A stretch of 64,000 nt of DNA from Bacteroidota bacterium (GCA_029547705.1 JAKPOU010000028.1:55982-119981), one strand, 5' to 3'. Counted from the first letter of the stretch, positions 38,680 to 49,671 are shown. Notes: generated from the letters alone by a model not told the origin. Translations and numbers: made by a program.

Positions 38680-41600
38680 ATGAAATTCTCCCGGTTTTTC
38701 ATCGCTACGATTTTTATCGCCATCGCTGTTTCATGCGGGCGGGGTGACAAATCCTCACAAAAACAGGAACTTCCGAAGGTTCCCGGACTTACAGGGACAG
38801 TTCTGCCCCTGGACAATGGCTTCAGCCGCTATATCTCGGCCTATACATCGGGAATCATACCTGCGGCTTCTGCCATAGAAATACGCTTCACTCAGGAATT
38901 TGCCTCCGCTGCGGGCAAACGGCTGCCCTCCGGACTTTTCGAGTTCAGTCCGGCAGTAAAGGGCAAAACCGAATGGGCCGATGAAACAACCCTGGTATTC
39001 AGACCGTCAAAGCCTCTCGATCCGGGGAAAACATATACCGGCAGACTGAATATCCACAAGCTCGGAAACGTTGAGGAAAGACTGAAAGAATTCCCAATCA
39101 GAATACAAACACTAAAAAAAGATTTCACCATAAGCTGCGGTATCCCTGAAAGCAGTCCGGAAGGCGACAGGTATACCATAACAGGGGAACTGACAACAGC
39201 GGATTTTATTCCTGATGCGGAAGCAGAAAGCTTTGTTGATGCAAGGCTGAACAGAAGGAAAACCGTAATAAAATGGGAGCATGAGGACAATCTCGTTCAC
39301 AGGTTCACGCTGACTGACATAGTGAGGGAAGAAAGGGCAGGGGAACTGACAATCTCATGGGACGGCACCGTTTCGGGAATCAGGAGAAAGGGATCACAAA
39401 ATATCAGCATACCGGCTTCGGGTGATTTCATTGTAATGGATGTCAGAACCCGTTCAGGTGACAATCCGGCAATTGATATTGTCTTCTCGGATCCGGTGGA
39501 TGAATCGCAGGAAACGGAAGGACTTGTCTTCCTGGAACCTGCCATGCGGTTCACGACAAGCATCAGCAGGAATGTGCTGAGTCTTCTTCCCGCCGACAGG
39601 CTTCCCCAAACAGTGACACTCAACATTGAACCCTCACTCAGAAATATAAAAGGCAAAACTCTCTCTTCATCCTTTTCATCAAAACTCGAATTTGCGCCTC
39701 TCAGACCGGAAATAAGGCTTATTGGCAAAGGTCTTATCGTGCCATCGTCACAAAACCTGATATTCCCGTTCAGGGCAGCCAACCTGAAGGCTGTTGACCT
39801 GAAAATCATTAAAATATTTGAAAACAACCTCCCCTATTTCCTGCAGGAAAGTGAAATGGACAGGGGATATTATATCAAACGCTTCGGCCGGCCGGTTTAC
39901 TCCGGGAGAGTTGACCTGAACCCGGAAAGCGGATCAGGCGGATTGGCAAGCACGGGAACCGGAAACCCGGCAGCCGGAAACAGTCCGGGCACGGGAACGG
40001 AAAACAGCGGAGCCATAACCGCAGCCGGAACGGGATCATGGAATCTCTACACCATCGACCTTGCCGATTATATAAATGTTGAACCGGGTGTCCTTTACAA
40101 TGTAAGGCTCAGCATGAGGAGATCCTATTCAACGCTTTCATGTTCCGGCGACGGACGTCCCTCACGCTTTGAAGAACTCCTCGATGAGGCCCGGGAAATG
40201 GAAAGGTCATACTATGATGATCCTGATGACTATTTTGACGACAGTCATGAATCCATCTACTATTCAATGGGATTCCGCTGGGAGGACCGTGATAACCCTT
40301 GTCTGGACGCATATTACAGTCCCGACAGAAACGTTTCGAGGAATATTCTGGCATCAAATCTCGGACTGATAGCCAAGATGGGCGAAGACAACATCCTTCA
40401 CGTGTCTGTTAACGATCTCCTGACCGCAATGCCTGTCACCGATGTCCGGATAACGGCCTATGACTACCAGATGCAGCAGATAGTATCCGGAAGTACTGAC
40501 CCGGAAGGTTCCTTCTCACTCTACTGTCCTGGAAAGCCCTTCCTTGTAACCGCAGAAAAGGACAGGGACCGTAATTACCTGAAGGTGAATGACGGATCAT
40601 CTCTCCCGCTCAGTTCCTTTGATGTATCGGGTACAAGGCCGGAAAAGGGAATCAAGGCATTTATCCACGGCGAAAGGGATGTATGGAGACCGGGCGACTC
40701 GATTTATCTTTCCCTCTTCATCAGGGATATGCTGAATGATCTGCCTGCTGACCATCCCGTGCAGTTCGAACTTATCAATCCCCTTGAACAGAGAGTGGAC
40801 AACCAGATACATAAACCGGAGGGAAAAAGGCTGATCGTTGTCAGAACCGCGACGGGTGCCGATGCCATTACCGGAAATTACAGTGCCCAGTTCAGGATTG
40901 GAGGTGCCGTCTTTACAAAACGGATACGAATTGAGACCATCAAACCCAACCGTCTGAAAATAAATCTTGACTTCCCTTCAGAAATACTTGGCGGAAGCGA
41001 ACGGAGCACCACCGGAAACCTCGGTGTGAAATGGCTCAACGGTGCAGTGGCAGGAAACCTCAATGCTTCTGTTGACTATCTGCTCAAACACACAAAAACC
41101 GAATTTCCGAAATACAGCCAGTATGTCTTTGATGATCCGGTTGCGGAATATTATACTGAAACGGTTAACATTTTCAATAACAGGATCGATGACAATGGCA
41201 ATGCGCTGATAGCATTCAGTCCGGGTGAACAGTTCAGTGCACCCGGAATGCTGAATGCACTTTTTACGGTGAGGGTAATGGAACCGGGAGGAGACGAAAG
41301 CATCATACAGTCAGACTATAAATATGCTCCCTTCCCTGTTTTTGTCGGAATCAGTCTGCCGGAACTGGGTGATAAGGGCAGAACTCTCTATACAGACAGG
41401 GATAATCAGGTAAGGATAGTAACGCTGAATGAAAAGGGCATACCGGTCAGCTCGGAAGTGGAGCTTAACATTTACAAGCTGTCATACAGGTGGTGGTGGG
41501 AGTCGGACGATGAATACCTGGCGGATTATATTTCCGGGCGCATCCACAAGCCCGTGATCAGACAGAAGGTAATCGTCCCTGCCGGCGGGACAGGCATCAG

Positions 41601-44343
41601 GTTCAACATAGGCAGAAAGGAATGGGGCAGGTATCTGGTACGGGCCAGCACACCATCAGGACATTCAACGGGGAAAATAGTTCTTGTCGACTGGCCATGG
41701 GAATACGGCATGAAGCCGGGTGCCGACGGAGCCACCCTCCTGGCAGTTAATACCGACAAGGAGAAATATCATCCGGGCGATGAGGTAAGATTGTCCTTCC
41801 CTTCACCGGAAAATGCACGCGCCATTATATCAATAGAAAATGCCACGGGAGTACTGAACCAGATTAACACGAGAACGGACAGGGGCAGCACTGAGGTCAG
41901 GTTCAGGGTTACTTCCGGAATGGCTCCGAACGTTTATGCACATGTATCGGTTATTCAGCCTCATGGCCAGACTGTCAATGATATGCCTGTCCGGCTTTAC
42001 GGCATAGCCGGTATAATGGTGGAAGACAAGGATTCACGGCTTCAGCCCGTGATAAATGCCCCTGCCGAGGTCAGGTCGCGGCAGTCCTTCGCGGTCAGTA
42101 TAAATGAAGCCTCAGGCAGGGCAATGTCTTACACCCTTGCTGTTGTGGATGAGGGATTGCTTGATATCACCGGCTTCAGAACGCCGGATCCATGGAACTA
42201 TTTCTACGCCAGGGAAGCACTCGGGGTAAGGACCTGGGATCTGTACGACCAGGTTTTCGGATCCTTCGGGGGAACACTTGACAGGATATTTGCGGTCGGA
42301 GGCGACGAAAGCCTCATCGACAGATCGGCAAGCAAGGCCCAGAGATTTATTCCGGTAGTGAAATTCCTCGGACCCTTCCACCTTCGCCAGGGAAAGACGA
42401 ATACACACATGATCACCCTTCCGCAGTACACGGGATCTGTCAGGGCAATGGTAACGGCCGGGAATGAAACAGCCTACGGAGCATCAGACAGGTCAATACT
42501 TGTCAGGGATCCTCTGATGGTGCTGGCCACTGCCCCGAGAGTCATTGGTCCGGGAGAAAAAGCCGCGCTTCCCGTTACCGTTTTTATAAACAGCAGCAAT
42601 ATCAGGGAAGTGAGCCTGAAAGCTGAAGGCAACGGATTCATAAGCTTCCCGAAGGCTTCGGAAACCTTGTCAGCAGCCGGCAGCACCGAGCTGAACAGCG
42701 AATTTGCATTTATCGCGGGCGGTAAGACAGGGATTGCCGGAATCAAAGTGACTGCCACCGGTGGTGGCGAAACAGCCGTTCATGAAATACAGATCCCCGT
42801 CCGGAATCCCAATCCCCCGGAAACCAGATCAGAGCTTAAACTGCTGAAACCGGGAGAGAAATGGGAAACATCCTTCACTCCTTTCGGAACTGAGGGATCC
42901 TCTTCAGCAGTGATCGGACTGTCAGGACTTCCTTCAGCGAACCTTGAAAAACATCTGGACTACCTCCTCAATTACCCTCACGGCTGTACTGAACAGATTG
43001 TTTCTGCAGCATTTCCGCAGATATGGCTCGGAGACCTGTTTAAAAACGATGAAGCCACTGCCGCACAGTCAGCAACAAATATAAAAGAGGCCATCGGTAA
43101 AATCCTTTCAAGGCAGATGGTAAACGGAGGATTCGGAGCCTGGCCCGGCTCTTACCAGGCCGACAACTGGATAACTTCCTATACCGGGCATTTCATGACA
43201 GAGGCCGGAAGGAAGGGATATAACATAACATCGGGATTCTTGCAGAAATGGACGGCTTATCAGAAAAAGGCCGCCCGGGAATGGAGGTATGATCCCCGGA
43301 ATATCCAGACTTCTAACGATCAGGCCTACCGCCTTTTCACGCTTGCACTTGCCGGCACCCCGGAAAAAGGCGCCATGAACAGGCTGAGGGAAACACAGGA
43401 TGTTCCTGCCCTCTCGCGCTGGCTGCTTGCAGCAGCATTCGCGGCAAGCGGACGGAACGAGGTGGCAGGTTCTCTCCTGGACGTCCGCAATACCTCAACG
43501 GAAACGGAATACCAGCCTTTTTACTACGGGAGCGCCCTGCGCGACAAGGCAATAATACTGTATACCCTCACACTTCTTGATAAAAAGGAACAGGCTCTTC
43601 CCCTGCTGAGGGAAGTATGCGGAATGCTGACGGAAAATCCGTGGCACAGTACCCAGTCACTTGCATGGGGACTGTTTGCATATATGAAATGGGTGCAGGC
43701 CATGCCTGCGGATGACAAATCCCCGGCAAGGGTAAGCATGAGCTTCAACAACAGACAATCCGAAAAAAGCATAGTCCCCGGGGAAATAGTTTCGGAAAGC
43801 CTGGATATGCTTGCGGGATCCAATTCACTCACCCTGGTCAATAATTCCGGATCTCCTGTCTATGCCACCCTGATGAGAAAAGGAATACCCCCGGCATCAG
43901 ATGTTACGGCTGTTGAAAAGGGATTGAGACTGAAGGTTGATTATGTGAACACCCGGCTGGAACCTGTTGATCACCGGAAACTGGCAACGGGAACCTCCTT
44001 CCTTATGGTGGTCAGGGTGACAAACACCGGCTTTTCGGGGGTTAATGACATTGCACTTACAAGAATGGTCCCTTCCGGATGGGAGATCAGGAATATCAGG
44101 ATACATGAGGCAGAATACGGCATCAGGGAAAGTGCGTCGGACTATACAGACATCAGGGATGACCGTGTGAATAATTATTTCAGCCTCGGAAGGGGAGAGA
44201 CAAAAACATTTGTTCTTGTCCTGAATGCTGCCTATAAGGGAGAATATTTCCAGCCGTCAATATGGTGCGAGGCAATGTATACGGAAGATTGCCATGCACG
44301 CTATCCGGGAGGGAGAGTGACAGTTACCGGGGATCAGGATTGA
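38680..44343 (+). CDS. bacterial alpha-2-macroglobulin family lipoprotein (YfhM-like) with thioester motif
   Basis: 1887 aa. Lipobox IAVSC. MG-domain repeats. Thioester GCTEQ at 42985-42996 (YPHGCTEQIVSAAFP). Confidence 0.95.
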   Translation: MKFSRFFIATIFIAIAVSCGRGDKSSQKQELPKVPGLTGTVLPLDNGFSRYISAYTSGIIPAASAIEIRFTQEFASAAGKRLPSGLFEFSPAVKGKTEWADETTLVFRPSKPLDPGKTYTGRLNIHKLGNVEERLKEFPIRIQTLKKDFTISCGIPESSPEGDRYTITGELTTADFIPDAEAESFVDARLNRRKTVIKWEHEDNLVHRFTLTDIVREERAGELTISWDGTVSGIRRKGSQNISIPASGDFIVMDVRTRSGDNPAIDIVFSDPVDESQETEGLVFLEPAMRFTTSISRNVLSLLPADRLPQTVTLNIEPSLRNIKGKTLSSSFSSKLEFAPLRPEIRLIGKGLIVPSSQNLIFPFRAANLKAVDLKIIKIFENNLPYFLQESEMDRGYYIKRFGRPVYSGRVDLNPESGSGGLASTGTGNPAAGNSPGTGTENSGAITAAGTGSWNLYTIDLADYINVEPGVLYNVRLSMRRSYSTLSCSGDGRPSRFEELLDEAREMERSYYDDPDDYFDDSHESIYYSMGFRWEDRDNPCLDAYYSPDRNVSRNILASNLGLIAKMGEDNILHVSVNDLLTAMPVTDVRITAYDYQMQQIVSGSTDPEGSFSLYCPGKPFLVTAEKDRDRNYLKVNDGSSLPLSSFDVSGTRPEKGIKAFIHGERDVWRPGDSIYLSLFIRDMLNDLPADHPVQFELINPLEQRVDNQIHKPEGKRLIVVRTATGADAITGNYSAQFRIGGAVFTKRIRIETIKPNRLKINLDFPSEILGGSERSTTGNLGVKWLNGAVAGNLNASVDYLLKHTKTEFPKYSQYVFDDPVAEYYTETVNIFNNRIDDNGNALIAFSPGEQFSAPGMLNALFTVRVMEPGGDESIIQSDYKYAPFPVFVGISLPELGDKGRTLYTDRDNQVRIVTLNEKGIPVSSEVELNIYKLSYRWWWESDDEYLADYISGRIHKPVIRQKVIVPAGGTGIRFNIGRKEWGRYLVRASTPSGHSTGKIVLVDWPWEYGMKPGADGATLLAVNTDKEKYHPGDEVRLSFPSPENARAIISIENATGVLNQINTRTDRGSTEVRFRVTSGMAPNVYAHVSVIQPHGQTVNDMPVRLYGIAGIMVEDKDSRLQPVINAPAEVRSRQSFAVSINEASGRAMSYTLAVVDEGLLDITGFRTPDPWNYFYAREALGVRTWDLYDQVFGSFGGTLDRIFAVGGDESLIDRSASKAQRFIPVVKFLGPFHLRQGKTNTHMITLPQYTGSVRAMVTAGNETAYGASDRSILVRDPLMVLATAPRVIGPGEKAALPVTVFINSSNIREVSLKAEGNGFISFPKASETLSAAGSTELNSEFAFIAGGKTGIAGIKVTATGGGETAVHEIQIPVRNPNPPETRSELKLLKPGEKWETSFTPFGTEGSSSAVIGLSGLPSANLEKHLDYLLNYPHGCTEQIVSAAFPQIWLGDLFKNDEATAAQSATNIKEAIGKILSRQMVNGGFGAWPGSYQADNWITSYTGHFMTEAGRKGYNITSGFLQKWTAYQKKAAREWRYDPRNIQTSNDQAYRLFTLALAGTPEKGAMNRLRETQDVPALSRWLLAAAFAASGRNEVAGSLLDVRNTSTETEYQPFYYGSALRDKAIILYTLTLLDKKEQALPLLREVCGMLTENPWHSTQSLAWGLFAYMKWVQAMPADDKSPARVSMSFNNRQSEKSIVPGEIVSESLDMLAGSNSLTLVNNSGSPVYATLMRKGIPPASDVTAVEKGLRLKVDYVNTRLEPVDHRKLATGTSFLMVVRVTNTGFSGVNDIALTRMVPSGWEIRNIRIHEAEYGIRESASDYTDIRDDRVNNYFSLGRGETKTFVLVLNAAYKGEYFQPSIWCEAMYTEDCHARYPGGRVTVTGDQD

Positions 44344-46814
44344 AGGGAAATGTAAAAACCATACTGATTGCCGCCGGGGTGATCATCATTCCGGTACTGC
44401 TGTCGCCCCTGCCCCGCTTCAGATCCCCCCTGTCTACGGTTGTGGAGGCAGCAGACGGGAGCCTGCTGGGTGCACGGATAGCAGAGGACGGCCAGTGGAG
44501 ATTCCCCCCATCCGGAGAGGTGCCGGACAGGTTTGAAAAAGCATTGCTGACCTTCGAGGACAGGTACTTCTATCTGCATCCGGGGATAAATCCGGTTTCA
44601 CTGGCAAGAGCCCTTGTCACGAATATAAAGGCGGGTAAGATCCTGAGCGGGGGAAGCACTGTAACAATGCAGGTTGCCAGACTCTCATCCGGGAATATCC
44701 GTAGAAGCTATTCCGCAAAGCTGAGTGAGATGCTTTCCGCACTCAAACTGGAGCTTTTCCGTTCAAAAAAGAAAATACTCGGAATTTATGCCGCAAATGC
44801 TCCCTTCGGCGGAAACACGGTAGGCCTGGACGCTGCTGCCTGGAGATACCTGGGAAAAGCGCCTGAAGACATGACATGGGCGGAAGCTGCTGTTCTTGCA
44901 GTGCTTCCCAATTCACCGGCCCTCGTTCATCCCGGGAGGAACCAGACAATTCTCAGGGCAAGACGCGATGAGCTTCTTGGGAAACTGTACAAGCGGAAAT
45001 ATATCGACTCACTCACACTGATGCTCTCCCTTGATGAACCCCTTCCCTCTGAACCGGGGAAACTTCCTTCAGCGACACCCCATCTCACGGATTATTTCCT
45101 TAAACACGGCAGGGGCGAAAGGATAAGGACCACAATAGATCCGCTGCTGCAGGAAAGGGCGAATGCAGTGATCCGCGCACATCAGAAGGAATTGTCGGGA
45201 AACCTCATTCACAACTCGGCATGCATCATTGTAAAGGTTGAAACGGGGGAAGTTCTGGCCTATGCCGGAAACAGTACTCCTGAAAGTGCTGTAAGACACG
45301 GGAATGATGTTGATATAATAAGGTCGCCCAGAAGTACGGGCAGCATTCTGAAGCCCCTCCTTTACGCGGCCATGCAGCAATCAGGTGATATTCTCCCTAA
45401 CAGTCTTGTGCCGGATATTCCCTCGCGTTTCCAGGGCTTTACCCCGAAAAACTTCGATCTGAGCTACAGCGGAGCCGTTCCTGCCTCCCTGGCCTTGTCG
45501 CAGTCCCTCAACATTCCCTCTGTCAGAATGCTTCAGCAGTACAGTCCGGAAAGAATGCTCGCTCTTCTCAGGAAAACCGGATTCACCACATTCACCAGAC
45601 CTGCCTCTCATTACGGATTGTCACTCATCCTCGGGGGAGGCGAAACAACACTCTGGGAACTTGCCGGAGTATATTCCTCCCTGTCAAGAGTGCTGAACAG
45701 ATACAACAGGGAAGGAAAGTACAATGATGCCGACTATCACATGCCGGTCCTGATCTCCCCTGATACACCCGGGACGGCATCCCTGCCGGCATCGGTATCC
45801 GTATCGCAACTTCGGCCCGCACCGCAACCGGCACGCGGGGCCGTATCCGCAACATCACCGCAGCCTGCAGGAAAAAACAGGAAATCAAAACCGGAAAACT
45901 TCAGCTCAGTGCCGGTACTTTCAGCATCCTCCATCTGGCTGACCTATGAAGCCCTGAGGAAGGTCAACAGACCGGAAGGGGAATCCGGATGGCAGTTTTT
46001 CTCCTCATCAGGCACTATAGCATGGAAAACCGGAACAAGCTTCGGTTTCCGTGATGCCTGGGCCGTAGGTACAACTCCCGGATATGTAATAGCTGTTTGG
46101 GCCGGCAATGCGGACGGTGAGGGAAGACCGGGACTGACGGGCACTGCTGCCGCCGCTCCCATATTATTTGATCTCGCCGGAATAACGGGGAACATGGAAT
46201 TGTTTTCAGAACCAAAGGAATGGTTTACGGAACCGTCGGATGAGATGACCATGGTCAGAGTCTGCTCCGCAAGCGGATACAGGGCCGGACCCGACTGCCC
46301 CGAAACCATGGAAATAATGGCCTGCGTGAATGGTCTGCGCAGTGAAGCCTGTCCGTACCACAGGCTGATCCATCTTGACAAAAGCGGGACAATGCAGGTA
46401 AATACAGATTGTGCTCCTGCCGCCAGTATCAGGAATGAGCCCTGGTTCATCCTTCCTCCTGCGATGGAATTTTTCTACCGGCGGAAGCATCCCGGATATA
46501 AAACGCTTCCGCCCTTCGCCCCGGGCTGCCGGCCCGGCAGGGACATTCCCGCAATGGAATTCATATATCCTACACCGGGAATAAAAATATTCATCCCAAG
46601 GGACCAGACCGGTGAAATGACCAGGATAATTTCAGAAGTAGCGCACAGGAATCCTTCTAAAAAGATATTCTGGCATCTCGATGACAAATTCCAGACCTCA
46701 ACAAGATCCATTCACCAGGTTGAGATCCTTGCCGGACCGGGTGACCATACCATGACCGCCGTGGATGAAGACGGCAACACCATAATCTGCCCGTTCAGCA
46801 TCACCGGAAGATGA
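44340..46814 (+). CDS. pbpC: penicillin-binding protein 1C (glycosyltransferase + transpeptidase-like)
   Basis: GT51 motifs FEDRYFYLHPGINP and GGSTVTMQVARL. SxxK-type STGSILKP. The TTG at 44340 overlaps the A2M stop (TTGA) and gives MKGNVKTILIAAGVIIIPVLL. The alternative ATG at 44262 would overlap A2M by 82 nt. Confidence 0.9.
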   Translation: MKGNVKTILIAAGVIIIPVLLSPLPRFRSPLSTVVEAADGSLLGARIAEDGQWRFPPSGEVPDRFEKALLTFEDRYFYLHPGINPVSLARALVTNIKAGKILSGGSTVTMQVARLSSGNIRRSYSAKLSEMLSALKLELFRSKKKILGIYAANAPFGGNTVGLDAAAWRYLGKAPEDMTWAEAAVLAVLPNSPALVHPGRNQTILRARRDELLGKLYKRKYIDSLTLMLSLDEPLPSEPGKLPSATPHLTDYFLKHGRGERIRTTIDPLLQERANAVIRAHQKELSGNLIHNSACIIVKVETGEVLAYAGNSTPESAVRHGNDVDIIRSPRSTGSILKPLLYAAMQQSGDILPNSLVPDIPSRFQGFTPKNFDLSYSGAVPASLALSQSLNIPSVRMLQQYSPERMLALLRKTGFTTFTRPASHYGLSLILGGGETTLWELAGVYSSLSRVLNRYNREGKYNDADYHMPVLISPDTPGTASLPASVSVSQLRPAPQPARGAVSATSPQPAGKNRKSKPENFSSVPVLSASSIWLTYEALRKVNRPEGESGWQFFSSSGTIAWKTGTSFGFRDAWAVGTTPGYVIAVWAGNADGEGRPGLTGTAAAAPILFDLAGITGNMELFSEPKEWFTEPSDEMTMVRVCSASGYRAGPDCPETMEIMACVNGLRSEACPYHRLIHLDKSGTMQVNTDCAPAASIRNEPWFILPPAMEFFYRRKHPGYKTLPPFAPGCRPGRDIPAMEFIYPTPGIKIFIPRDQTGEMTRIISEVAHRNPSKKIFWHLDDKFQTSTRSIHQVEILAGPGDHTMTAVDEDGNTIICPFSITGR

Positions 46815-47115
46815 AGATAAAGATTCCCTGGAAACAACCCGGCTTAATATCTAACAAACGTCCGATAAAAGATTCCCGGGAGGAAACCCGGCATAGACCT
46901 GGCAGAAAATAAAATCAGGGAAAACAAAAATAAACAACGGAAAAATATATCTTTATATCCAGATATTTTGTATGGCTGTATGGTTCTGAAATTATGCTGA
47001 AATCGTCCGGGCCTGATGCCGCAATTGCTCCGTACCTGATGATGATGCCCTAACAGCCTGACCGGTATCAAAGCTATTTACCGAATGCTCAAATGATAAT
47101 TAAAAAATCAGAATA

Positions 47116-47358
47116 ATGGATAAAGCAGAACGTATTCTTGTTTTCAACAATGAAATAGAAGCAAGGCTTCTGGGAGAAATCCTTCTGTCAAAGGGGATTC
47201 CGCATATCATCAGATCCTTTCATGATTCAGCCTATGACGGTCTGTTTCAGTTACAGTCGGGGTGGGGTGTTTTGGAAAGTCCGGAAAATTTCAGGGATGA
47301 AATCATGAAGATCTATAATGAAATGACTTCACCGGAAAACCGTACCGAAACAGTTTAA
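47116..47358 (+). CDS. small DUF2007-like protein
   Basis: 80 aa. ILVFNNEIEARLLGEILLSKGIPHII resembles the putative signal-transducing DUF2007 fold. Confidence 0.5.
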   Translation: MDKAERILVFNNEIEARLLGEILLSKGIPHIIRSFHDSAYDGLFQLQSGWGVLESPENFRDEIMKIYNEMTSPENRTETV

Positions 47359-47382
47359 AATTTTTTTTTATTGTCCGGGCTG

Positions 47383-48396
47383 TCAGTGCCGCTTTTTTCT
47401 TCTTTCAAGGCTTCTCAGAAAAAAGTAACTGATCACTGCAATGAGCACAAGCCCTGCCGTCAGCAGAAGATAGGAAGTCTTCCAGTTATCTCCTCCCGTT
47501 ATCATGGTATATTCCGACATGCCGCCAATACTGGCGATAAGGGTGAGGGGCATGAATATGGTTGTGATAAATGTTAGTCTCCGCATGGTGGCATTCGTCT
47601 CATTGGACACTTTTGTCATCATGTTGTTCAGAAGGGAGCTGTAAAGTTCCATGAGACTTGTGACTATTTCACGGTAGTTTTCCGAAAGTTCAAAAAATCT
47701 TACCAGGTGATCATAAACATCGCGGAATGCAAATATTGCCTTCCCGGCAATGAAAGGACAATCCATCCTGCAGATTTTAACCAGGATCTCCCTTTCATGG
47801 TAAAGATTCTTCCGGAGATTCAGCAGATCCTTTCTTATTCTGAGGAGCTCGTTCACCCGGAATTTATCAGGAGCATCAATGATCTGGTCTTCCGCCAGCT
47901 CAAGCTCGTCTTCAAGATTTTCAAATGCATGGAATTTCTGGTCAACTACGTAATCGAGAATCACATGCAGCAGGAATGCGGGCTCAGATCTGGCGATTCC
48001 CGGATCTTTCTCAATGATATTGATGATATTATTCAGAGGCCTGCGGTCGTCACTGCCAGTGCCGCTCACCGTAACCAGAAAATTCTTTCCGATGAAAAAA
48101 TCCACTTCATCAATATAAAGCATCTTGTCTTTATAGCTGAAATCCTTGAAGATCATGAATGTATTACCCGGGAAATGTTCAATCTTGGGCATCTGACTGC
48201 TGTCAAGACAATCCTCAACTGACAGGGGATGAACCCCAAGGGTGTCTACAAGAGAATGAAGCTCCCCAATCTCCGGCTTGAAAAAATCGATCCAGATAAA
48301 CCCTCCTCCACCAAGAGCCATAATGGCTTCTTCATGAGTCTTAAGCCTGTGTAACATTCCCTTGCCGGTAAAATGATAGAATCTTGTCTCAGACAT
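47383..48396 (-). CDS. corA: CorA-family divalent cation transporter (variant GMS motif)
   Basis: 337 aa. Two C-terminal TM helices. FMPLTLIASIGGMSEY occupies the position where CorA has YGMNF. Confidence 0.8.
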   Translation of the reverse strand: MSETRFYHFTGKGMLHRLKTHEEAIMALGGGGFIWIDFFKPEIGELHSLVDTLGVHPLSVEDCLDSSQMPKIEHFPGNTFMIFKDFSYKDKMLYIDEVDFFIGKNFLVTVSGTGSDDRRPLNNIINIIEKDPGIARSEPAFLLHVILDYVVDQKFHAFENLEDELELAEDQIIDAPDKFRVNELLRIRKDLLNLRKNLYHEREILVKICRMDCPFIAGKAIFAFRDVYDHLVRFFELSENYREIVTSLMELYSSLLNNMMTKVSNETNATMRRLTFITTIFMPLTLIASIGGMSEYTMITGGDNWKTSYLLLTAGLVLIAVISYFFLRSLERRKKRH

Positions 48397-48627
48397 AACG
48401 GATGATAGCTTTGTTGCTGACTAAATTAGATTACTAAGTTACATAAAAACAAAATGCATTTTTAAAGAGTGGTTCCCGGAAAAAGAATTACGGAAAAATC
48501 TCCGTTGCTCTATATCACTGATTAACAGCCGCTCTGGCTGATTCTCCAAATTTGTTCTTGATTTCTTCGAATAATTTTTCCACCTTCGTGTATTAACCCG
48601 GCAGCACCAGGACAAATAAACCACCTT

Positions 48628-49521
48628 ATGGAAATACAGGGAGAAAGGAAATCTCTTTTTATACTGAATCCTTATGCGGGAATAATCCCTGTCAAAATCA
48701 TAATATCCGAAGAGCTTAAAAGAAGAAAGAATGAATTATCGTATTTCAAATCACTGAGTATTGATGATTCCGGTTCTAGAATAAAGCAATCATTCGACAG
48801 GTACGACATATTTATTGCAGCCGGGGGCGACGGAACGGTCAGAAGCGTGGCATCGGAACTGATCGGAACAAATAAGATTCTCGGTGTACTTCCCATGGGA
48901 TCGGGAAACGGTTTTGCCAAGGAGCTGGGATTCAGGACAAATATCCGTTCTCTCCTGAAGGATATCAAGAAAGGTGAAAAGCTGCAGATCGATGTAATAA
49001 AGATAAATGACATGAATTGCCTGAACGTTGCAGGCATAGGCCTTGACAGCTTCGTGGCCCATTCCTTCGACAGGCTCAGAACAAGAGGGTTCTGGTCATA
49101 TGCATGGGTTACCATGCTTAATTTCATCAGGTTGAAACCAGTTCATATAGAGATTATTCCGGAAGGAGAAGAAAAAATTTCCGAAGATCTCTTTGTTCTG
49201 ACCATCGCCAATACAAGACAGTTCGGCAATAATGCATATATAGCTCCCGATGCCAGACCGGATGACGGTATCATTGATCTGGTGATGATCCGGCCATTTC
49301 CTAAATTTATGTTTCCAGTATTCATTTACAGACTTTTCAGGGGAACCCTGAAAGATTCGAAATATGTTAAATGCCTGAAAACCGACAGGCCCCTGACCAT
49401 CAGAACGAGTGAAACAAGATTTCATATCGACGGCGAGCCGGTCGAAATCCCGGGAGACGTATCGGTAAAGATTATCAGCAATTCCCTGTCTGTGCTTAAG
49501 ACCAGGCATAATAAACTATGA
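48628..49521 (+). CDS. diacylglycerol/lipid kinase family protein (YegS-like)
   Basis: 297 aa. FIAAGGDGTVRSVASEL and LPMGSGNGFA. Confidence 0.85.
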   Translation: MEIQGERKSLFILNPYAGIIPVKIIISEELKRRKNELSYFKSLSIDDSGSRIKQSFDRYDIFIAAGGDGTVRSVASELIGTNKILGVLPMGSGNGFAKELGFRTNIRSLLKDIKKGEKLQIDVIKINDMNCLNVAGIGLDSFVAHSFDRLRTRGFWSYAWVTMLNFIRLKPVHIEIIPEGEEKISEDLFVLTIANTRQFGNNAYIAPDARPDDGIIDLVMIRPFPKFMFPVFIYRLFRGTLKDSKYVKCLKTDRPLTIRTSETRFHIDGEPVEIPGDVSVKIISNSLSVLKTRHNKL

Positions 49522-49671
49522 GTCTGAACTGCAGGCATGTTTTCTCCGCTTATTTACCCTTCACCTGAATAAGGCGGTACGCCGGTGAATAAATTGAACA
49601 AAACTTAGTAATAATAAAAATAAATCATTCATATATAGAACATAAGCACAATAAACAATTACCAATACATA

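Noticed and set aside
46844-47071. 75-aa minus-strand ORF in the pbpC-DUF2007 spacer
   Set aside because: It has no motif and a low-complexity, basic composition, and it overlaps the direct-repeat region. It is probably non-coding.
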